Below are positions 36,998 through 42,443 of a DNA stretch of 42,443 nucleotides, in pieces. Each line of letters starts with the position of its first letter. Within the stretch, counting starts at the first letter, position 1. The stretch spans positions 1 through 42,443 of the forward strand of contig NZ_JBOGQF010000001.1 of NCBI RefSeq assembly GCF_050748925.1, read 5' to 3'. The DNA is from Nitrososphaera sp. (GTDB lineage Archaea; Thermoproteota; Nitrososphaeria; Nitrososphaerales; Nitrososphaeraceae). The notes beneath the pieces were generated by a model. It worked only from the letters and a program-made list of their open reading frames with translations, was not told the origin of the DNA and ran no database searches. A program made the position numbers and the translations under genes.

Positions 36998-37246
36998 ATG
37001 GCAGACGAAGCCGGCATAATGGACATAACAGACACGCCTGACGTCGCGGTCTGGGCCAAGGGAATAAAAAAGAACGCAGGCGCGCCCTCCGACAGGGTAA
37101 AGGAGCCGTCAAAAATTGCCTCGATGACTCTTCACAGGACGACAAAAGACGGCGAAATAATGGTCGACCCTGCCAACAAAAAAGAAGTGGCAAAGGCGAT
37201 AGCAGAGCACTCTTCCATGACAGACGAGTCTGGATATGGCAAATAA
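36998..37246 (+). CDS. Small hypothetical protein
   Basis: ATG 36998 after a TATA-like tttaata; overlaps the next ORF by 11 nt. Confidence 0.6.
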   Translation: MADEAGIMDITDTPDVAVWAKGIKKNAGAPSDRVKEPSKIASMTLHRTTKDGEIMVDPANKKEVAKAIAEHSSMTDESGYGK

Positions 37247-37505
37247 AAAGACGATAAAATTCCACGGCCAGCAGGTGCACGACGTGGTCGTGCGCTATAC
37301 GCAGATAGGCGGCGCGTCGGCAACCCTTGAAGAATTTGACGCGGCCAAGGATCCCGAAGTCTGCGAGACCATCAACGTCCAGGTCGTGTCCGAGTTTGTG
37401 ACTATAACGTTCTACAGAGACGAAAAGGCCAATTCTATAGTGCGCCGGGTCCTGATCCCGGTCCACAGGGTGGAGCGCATGGAGGTCAAGGACCTGCAAG
37501 CCTGA
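37236..37505 (+). CDS. Small hypothetical protein
   Basis: 89-aa predicted beta-rich ORF with genome-like codon usage. Confidence 0.65.
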   Translation: MANKKTIKFHGQQVHDVVVRYTQIGGASATLEEFDAAKDPEVCETINVQVVSEFVTITFYRDEKANSIVRRVLIPVHRVERMEVKDLQA

Positions 37506-37550
37506 CACCATACAGCAATCCTCATTACACTCTTCTGACAATACAGCGCA

Positions 37551-37853
37551 GTGTACGCTGCAAGGACCACCCCGTACCAGGGATCCCTCATGATCGACAT
37601 TTGCGACCTTGACCTCGTAGGCCGCAAGCTGGAGCAGAACGGGCTTGTCATCAACCTTACAAAAGAGTATTACCAGCAGCAGGTCATCGAGACGTCGCAG
37701 GCCGGCGAGCTCTTGGCCCGGTGCGCGATAGCCAACCTCGTGGGCAAGATAATCGTGGGCCAGGCCATAGAGATGAAGCTGGCCAAGGAAGCGAGCGTCA
37801 AAAAGATATCAGGCGTGCCTTTTCTCATGATATTCAAGTTCCAGAACAATTGA
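37551..37853 (+). CDS. DUF424 family protein
   Basis: ICDLDLVG, EYY, IANLVG, ISGVPF. Confidence 0.85.
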   Translation: MYAARTTPYQGSLMIDICDLDLVGRKLEQNGLVINLTKEYYQQQVIETSQAGELLARCAIANLVGKIIVGQAIEMKLAKEASVKKISGVPFLMIFKFQNN

Positions 37854-37854
37854 G

Positions 37855-38754
37855 GTGATGATGGTGCCGATAGAAGAGGAAGAAGTGGCCGGCGAGCACG
37901 ATGATGACAATAATAATGATGACAACAATAATGACAATGATGATAATAATGATGACAATGATGACAACAATAATGACAACCGGCAGATGGACAAGGCCGA
38001 CAGGCGCTACAAGCGCCACGAGCGGGAGAACCGCTTTCTGAAAAAGAGCTCTGAAGACTACCAGGTCATCGAAGAGGTTTTTGACAAGCCCACAATGATG
38101 GTGATACAAAAGATGATAAACCATGGAACAATAAAGTCGCTCCAGAGCCACTTTGCCGCCGGCAAGGAATCCAAGGTCTTTATCGCTGAGGGGCCTGACG
38201 GCTCGCCGCTGGCAGTCAAGATCTACCTGACCGTGAGCGCCGAGTTCAAGAAAAGGATGCAGTACATCGCCGGCGACCCGCGCTTTACCGAGATAAAAAA
38301 AGACACGAGGAGTTTCATCGCGGCGTGGGCGCGTAAAGAGTTCAAGAACCTGAAAGCGGCGCACAATGCCGGCATCAGGGTGCCTGCGCCCTTTGCGGTG
38401 GAAAAGAACGTGCTCGTGATGGAGTTTATAGGCGACGACCAGGGCCGGCTTGCAGAGCAGCTGGAAAACCTGGAAGTGACGGCAGATGACTACCGCGAAA
38501 CCGTCAACCAGCTGACTATGCTGTACCAAAAGGCAAACCTGGTGCATGCCGACCTGTCGGAATACAACGTCTTCAAGAACCCCAGGGGCGAGATAATGCT
38601 GCTTGACTTTGGATCCGCAGTCGACATCCGGCACCCGCATTCAAAACAGTTTTTAGTCCGCGACGTTGAAAATATCAACAGGTTCTTTACAAAGCGTGGA
38701 ATCGATGTCATCGACACGGACCTGCTAATAAAAAAAATAACGGGATCAAAATGA
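37855..38754 (+). CDS. rio1: RIO1 serine kinase
   Basis: GKESKVF, AVKIY, WARKEFKNL, NVLVMEFIG, VHADLSEYN, LDFGSAV. Confidence 0.94.
   Translation: MMMVPIEEEEVAGEHDDDNNNDDNNNDNDDNNDDNDDNNNDNRQMDKADRRYKRHERENRFLKKSSEDYQVIEEVFDKPTMMVIQKMINHGTIKSLQSHFAAGKESKVFIAEGPDGSPLAVKIYLTVSAEFKKRMQYIAGDPRFTEIKKDTRSFIAAWARKEFKNLKAAHNAGIRVPAPFAVEKNVLVMEFIGDDQGRLAEQLENLEVTADDYRETVNQLTMLYQKANLVHADLSEYNVFKNPRGEIMLLDFGSAVDIRHPHSKQFLVRDVENINRFFTKRGIDVIDTDLLIKKITGSK
37900..37980 (+). repeat. (RAY)27 trinucleotide microsatellite encoding poly-Asp/Asn
   Basis: 27 consecutive GAT/GAC/AAT/AAC codons. Confidence 0.95.
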
Positions 38755-39341
38755 GTTTCGCACACAACGTCAAGATTCCAAGGGAAAGGATAGGCGCACT
38801 GATAGGCAAGTCCGGAAAGGTAAAGCAGGACATCGAGAAGCGCTGCGGGGTCGCCATAGAGATAGACAGCGAAAATGGCGACGCCCTGATAACCGGCGAC
38901 AAGCCGGTAGAGCAGATGGAGATATTCAAGGCAATCGAGATAATATCGGCCATAGGCCGGGGGTTTTCGCCCCAGCGCGCGATGCGTCTGATGGAAGGCG
39001 AAGAGGCTTTCCAGCAGATCGACTTGCGCGATTACGCCGGCAAGTCGCCCAGCGCGCTAGAGAGGGTAAAGGGCAGGATAATAGGGGAGGCCGGCAAGTC
39101 GCGCCGGACGATAGAGGACCTGACCGGCGCGTCCATATCTGTGTACGGCCACACGGTGGGGATAATCGGCGCCTACCACGAGATCAAGCTTGCGACTGAC
39201 GCCATCACCATGCTGTGCAAGGGCAGCATGCACAAGAGCGTCTACAACATGCTGCAGGAGGCGCGCAGGCGCGAAAAGATGGACAAGATGCGCCTGTGGG
39301 AAGACAGCAACACGGCCAACATGGAAAGGGAAGAGGACTAG
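38751..39341 (+). CDS. KH-domain pre-rRNA processing protein (Dim2/Pno1)
   Basis: IGALIGKSG, AIGRGFSP, KGRIIGEAG, GSMHKSVY. Confidence 0.92.
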   Translation: MSFAHNVKIPRERIGALIGKSGKVKQDIEKRCGVAIEIDSENGDALITGDKPVEQMEIFKAIEIISAIGRGFSPQRAMRLMEGEEAFQQIDLRDYAGKSPSALERVKGRIIGEAGKSRRTIEDLTGASISVYGHTVGIIGAYHEIKLATDAITMLCKGSMHKSVYNMLQEARRREKMDKMRLWEDSNTANMEREED

Positions 39342-39796
39342 ACCTTCTGTATCTTTATCGTCAGCACGCCGTTTCTGTACTTGTAGTCGGATATGCCCAT
39401 CTCTGACGCCGCGTCCAGCTGCACGTCACGGGCAAAGTTCTGGCCGCCCTTTATCTTTAGCATGCCTGCCAGCAGCCGGACGTTTATCTGGTCTTCGGGG
39501 CCGGGCACCTCTGCGACAAACACCATGCTGTCGTTGTTCTTTATCAGGTCGTAGACCCAGTCCTTTTGCTCCTGTTCCCTTGGCATCTTTTTCTGCCCTT
39601 CCGGCCTGGTCATCTTGTAGAGCTCGCGCACCCAGTATATCGCAAGGCCGGCTGCGACAGTCACCAGGATAAAGCTCGCTCCGTTCTGCGACGTCCTTGA
39701 GGCAAGGACGTACAGGCCGCCGACAAACATCATGGCCAAGAGCGGGACGACAAAGTTTACCGATCGGCTGGAATACGTCTTTTTGTACCTAGCCAA
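39338..39796 (-). CDS. Membrane-anchored Hsp20/alpha-crystallin-like protein
   Basis: Two N-terminal TM helices, then VAEVPG...YRNGVLTIKI. Confidence 0.8.
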   Translation of the reverse strand: MARYKKTYSSRSVNFVVPLLAMMFVGGLYVLASRTSQNGASFILVTVAAGLAIYWVRELYKMTRPEGQKKMPREQEQKDWVYDLIKNNDSMVFVAEVPGPEDQINVRLLAGMLKIKGGQNFARDVQLDAASEMGISDYKYRNGVLTIKIQKV

Positions 39797-39856
39797 TTCG
39801 CTCTTGCACCAATGTTACTACCGCGACGAGATTATTAAAACCTTATAGATGTTGTC

Positions 39857-40435
39857 TCAGAACGACTTGGTCCCGTTGTCGCCGCCCCATCTCTTGAAAA
39901 GGTCGTGCTCTATGCCAAACTGGTCGAGCACCTTGCCCACGACGTGGTTTATCAGGTCGTCCATAGTCTTTGGGCGATGGTAAAAGCCCGGCATGGCCGG
40001 CATGATGACGACGTTTGGCACGCCGGCGAGCTTGCTCATGTTTTCAAGGTGAATCTTTGATAATGGCGCCTCCCTCGGAACCACGACCACTTTTCTGTGC
40101 TCCTTGATGCAGACGCCCGCGGCCCTCGATACGAGCGCGTCGTCGAGACCGTTTGCGATGCTCGCCAGGGTCTTCATGCTGCAGGGTATGACTGCCATGC
40201 CGTCTATCTTGAACGAGCCGGAAGAAACCGGCGCGGCCATGTTGCCCTCGTCGTAGACGCGGGTGGCAAGCGACCGGACGTAATCGCCGGTCCTGTCAGT
40301 CTCGATTTTAATGGTCTTTTCGCCCCACTGGCTCATAATAAGGTGCGTCTCTATCCTTAGCTCTTTCAGGGCTTCAAGCGCCCTGATGCCGTAGATGACG
40401 CCGGAGGCCCCGGTGATGGCGATTATCAGCCTCAA
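39857..40435 (-). CDS. ubiX: Flavin prenyltransferase
   Basis: ITGASG, SSGSF, PCSMKTLA, RAA, PREAP, PGFYHRP. Confidence 0.95.
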   Translation of the reverse strand: MRLIIAITGASGVIYGIRALEALKELRIETHLIMSQWGEKTIKIETDRTGDYVRSLATRVYDEGNMAAPVSSGSFKIDGMAVIPCSMKTLASIANGLDDALVSRAAGVCIKEHRKVVVVPREAPLSKIHLENMSKLAGVPNVVIMPAMPGFYHRPKTMDDLINHVVGKVLDQFGIEHDLFKRWGGDNGTKSF

Positions 40436-40484
40436 TAATGGCCGGTTGCAGGATTTGTTATTTAATTATAGTGCCGGTAATGGC

Positions 40485-40742
40485 TTACCACTCTACCAGC
40501 TGCTTGAATTTCAGTTCTTCAAGCGCTGTGCCAAGGGCGCTTTCGGACAGCTGGGTTACCAATAGCAGAAGGTCGAATGTCAGCACGCTATAATCGTCAA
40601 GGGCCTGCAGCACCCTTTTTTCCGCAATCGAATCGGCCTTGGCCATGTACGCCAGCTCGATTGTAATCCTGCGGCTCAGCTCATTGGCAGGCAGCAGGTG
40701 GGAATTTTTTAGCCTGAATCTAAACTGCGACAAGTCAACCAA
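40485..40742 (-). CDS. Hypothetical protein
   Basis: 85-aa ORF with TTG start; the C-terminus is vaguely HTH-like. Confidence 0.35.
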   Translation of the reverse strand: MVDLSQFRFRLKNSHLLPANELSRRITIELAYMAKADSIAEKRVLQALDDYSVLTFDLLLLVTQLSESALGTALEELKFKQLVEW

Positions 40743-40887
40743 TGACTTTTGCCTCCCCGCCTAATCAGACGGGCTCAAACATTTGAGGGTTTATCAGACG
40801 GCTAACACCTGTGGATCGTATGGCCTTTTCCACCTGTAGCTTGCTAGAGCTGAAAGTATTTGGGGCAGTCGCGCCATAATTTGCCTT

Positions 40888-41205
40888 GTGAGCAAGCGTG
40901 CAGCCATAGATTTTTTCAAGCCCAGCTTGCTGAGTGCCGTATTGACAGGGCTGCTAATCCTTGTCTCTTATGGCGGCGATATTCGACGCTATGCTTTCAC
41001 CTGCCAAGGCGGGGGATGCGAAGGAACAGGCATCCAAAAGCCCGCATTATATGATACTTTTCGCTTTTGTCCCTGCTGGCTGATATGGGTCTTTTCAGTC
41101 ATGCCCTTGATTTATTCAGGCCTGCCATACCTCATGACCACTGTCGACGGTGCCCTTGTTAGCGTCATTTACTTTTACTTGCAAGCCTTCTTTCGTTCGT
41201 CTTGA
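40888..41205 (+). CDS. Hypothetical membrane protein
   Basis: Hydrophobic segments and 4 Cys; no family recognised. Confidence 0.35.
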   Translation: MSKRAAIDFFKPSLLSAVLTGLLILVSYGGDIRRYAFTCQGGGCEGTGIQKPALYDTFRFCPCWLIWVFSVMPLIYSGLPYLMTTVDGALVSVIYFYLQAFFRSS

Positions 41206-41318
41206 GATGGGTGCGGGGCGGCAATCGTCGCATGCAAAGCGTCAAGCCCTGATCCAGTAAATCCTTCAATCTTTATGCAAGAAAGCGTTTATTTGCACGC
41301 GCCCGGCACCGGCACCCG

Positions 41319-42221
41319 TTGCTTACCGTCTTTGGCACGATGGCCCTTGACACCACCCGCACGCCGTTCCGCATTGAGGAGCGCATACTGGGAGGCGCCG
41401 CGACCTTTGCGTCGCTTGCCGCAGGCACCTTTACAAAAACGGCGATGGTCGCTGCCATCGGCGACGACATGCCGCCTGCCAACATTGCCGCGCTAAAGAA
41501 AAAAGGCATCGACACAAAGGGCATCGTCGCAGTCAGGGGGGGCAAGACCTTTCACTACGACTCGTCTTTTGATTACAACCTGTCAAACAGGACGACTTTA
41601 AAGACAGAGCTGAACGTCATCGCCGATTTCAACCCTGTAATACCGGATGATTATGCCAAGTCGGAATACGTCTACCTTGCAAACAACGACCCAAAACAGA
41701 ACCTAAAGATACTGAAACTTTTTGATGCGCCGAAACTGACGGTGTGCGACACGATTGAATACTGGATCCAGACTGCACGCGACGACGTTGTCAGGATGAT
41801 GAGCGAGACGGACGGCGTCGTGATAAATGATAGCGAGGCGAGGTTGCTGTGCGACGAGGTCAACATTGCAAAGTGCGCGAAAAAGATAATGTCGCTTGGG
41901 CCGAGATTTGCGATAATAAAGAAGGGGGAGCACGGCGCCGTCCTTTTCGACAGCGAGGAGCGGGTGTTCCCAGCTGTTGCGTTCTTTCTGGACGACATAG
42001 CCGACCCGACTGGCGCAGGCGACTCGTTTGCCGGCGGGTTCCTCGGCCACATTGCGCGCAAGGGAAAAGCCGACTTTGGCACGATGAAGGAGGCCGTCAT
42101 ATGCGGCAACGTCATGGGCTCGTTTGCAGTCGAGGACTTTGGGGTAAAGCGCCTGCTTGCGATAACCAAGGGCGACGTCAAGGCGCGCTATGAAAAGTAC
42201 CGCAGCCTGGTGCAGTTTTGA
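41319..42221 (+). CDS. PfkB-family carbohydrate kinase
   Basis: LGGAATF, INDSEA, IKKGEHG, DPTGAGDSFAGG. Confidence 0.93.
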   Translation: MLTVFGTMALDTTRTPFRIEERILGGAATFASLAAGTFTKTAMVAAIGDDMPPANIAALKKKGIDTKGIVAVRGGKTFHYDSSFDYNLSNRTTLKTELNVIADFNPVIPDDYAKSEYVYLANNDPKQNLKILKLFDAPKLTVCDTIEYWIQTARDDVVRMMSETDGVVINDSEARLLCDEVNIAKCAKKIMSLGPRFAIIKKGEHGAVLFDSEERVFPAVAFFLDDIADPTGAGDSFAGGFLGHIARKGKADFGTMKEAVICGNVMGSFAVEDFGVKRLLAITKGDVKARYEKYRSLVQF

Positions 42222-42398
42222 TTATTTTCCTCCTCTGACGCGGGTCAGCCCGTAGCGCTGCATCTCCTGTATGTCGTTAAAGAACGGCTTACTAGCTTGT
42301 AGAACCTGCGAAATTCCGGGCTTGCGCGGAACCCCTTAGGTGCGCCTGAATATATCCTCTGAACACCAAAAGCATCCCATTCCGAGAGTCGTTTTCAT
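42222..42398 (-). pseudogene. msrA: msrA relic (N-terminal fragment with premature stop)
   Basis: Hand translation: MKTTLGMGCFWCSEDIFRRT*GV..., with the MsrA GCFW catalytic motif. Stop at 42336-42338; sequence after GV is not MsrA-like. Confidence 0.7.
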
Positions 42399-42399
42399 G

Positions 42400-42443
42400 T
42401 TACTTTGCAAAATGAGGGATCAAGACTTTTCCCAATTCCTTTC
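42400..42443 (-). CDS. 3' end of a gene running off the window
   Basis: ...KELGKVLIPHFAK* with the stop 1 nt before the msrA-like ATG; too short to assign. Confidence 0.35.
   Translation of the reverse strand, partial: KELGKVLIPHFAK

Noticed and set aside
36585..37541. 318-aa minus-strand ORF
   Set aside because: Antisense to fpr and two small plus-strand genes, with no motifs.
37809..37994. Leu/Ser-rich minus-strand ORF
   Set aside because: Antisense reading of the Asp/Asn microsatellite.
1..42443. tRNA genes and box C/D sRNAs
   Set aside because: None could be recognised with confidence by eye; tRNAscan-SE and snoscan/Infernal would be needed.

Overview
Archaeal window whose gene content fits a Nitrososphaera-like ammonia-oxidising thaumarchaeote (inferred from TBP, Nop5/fibrillarin, ABCE1, Rio1/Dim2, Trm1/Trm5, a stand-alone 5S rRNA, a cupredoxin and a split transketolase). 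Most of it is housekeeping: a non-oxidative pentose phosphate operon, a MoxR/VWA pair, pepA, pyrE, rnhB, fpr, ubiX, pfkB and ribosome biogenesis genes. Accessory inserts are a secreted/surface protein patch at 1-2.5 kb and a VapBC pair. The most striking locus is 12.7-17.8 kb. It encodes a 1591-aa protein with an N-terminal P-loop NTPase, about 27 tandem 33-aa Gly-rich helical repeats and a C-terminal class III nucleotide cyclase. This gene is bracketed by the intact 5S rRNA gene and a 65-bp direct-repeat copy of the 5' half of 5S. Other oddities: an in-frame TPM-LemA chimera, a Nop5 with a long RGG/GAR-like tail overlapping fibrillarin, a palindromic operator pair around a wHTH gene, an Asp/Asn microsatellite in Rio1, and an msrA relic and a DUF1059-like gene both missed by the ORF track. 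All family assignments come from motif recognition by eye; no database searches were run.
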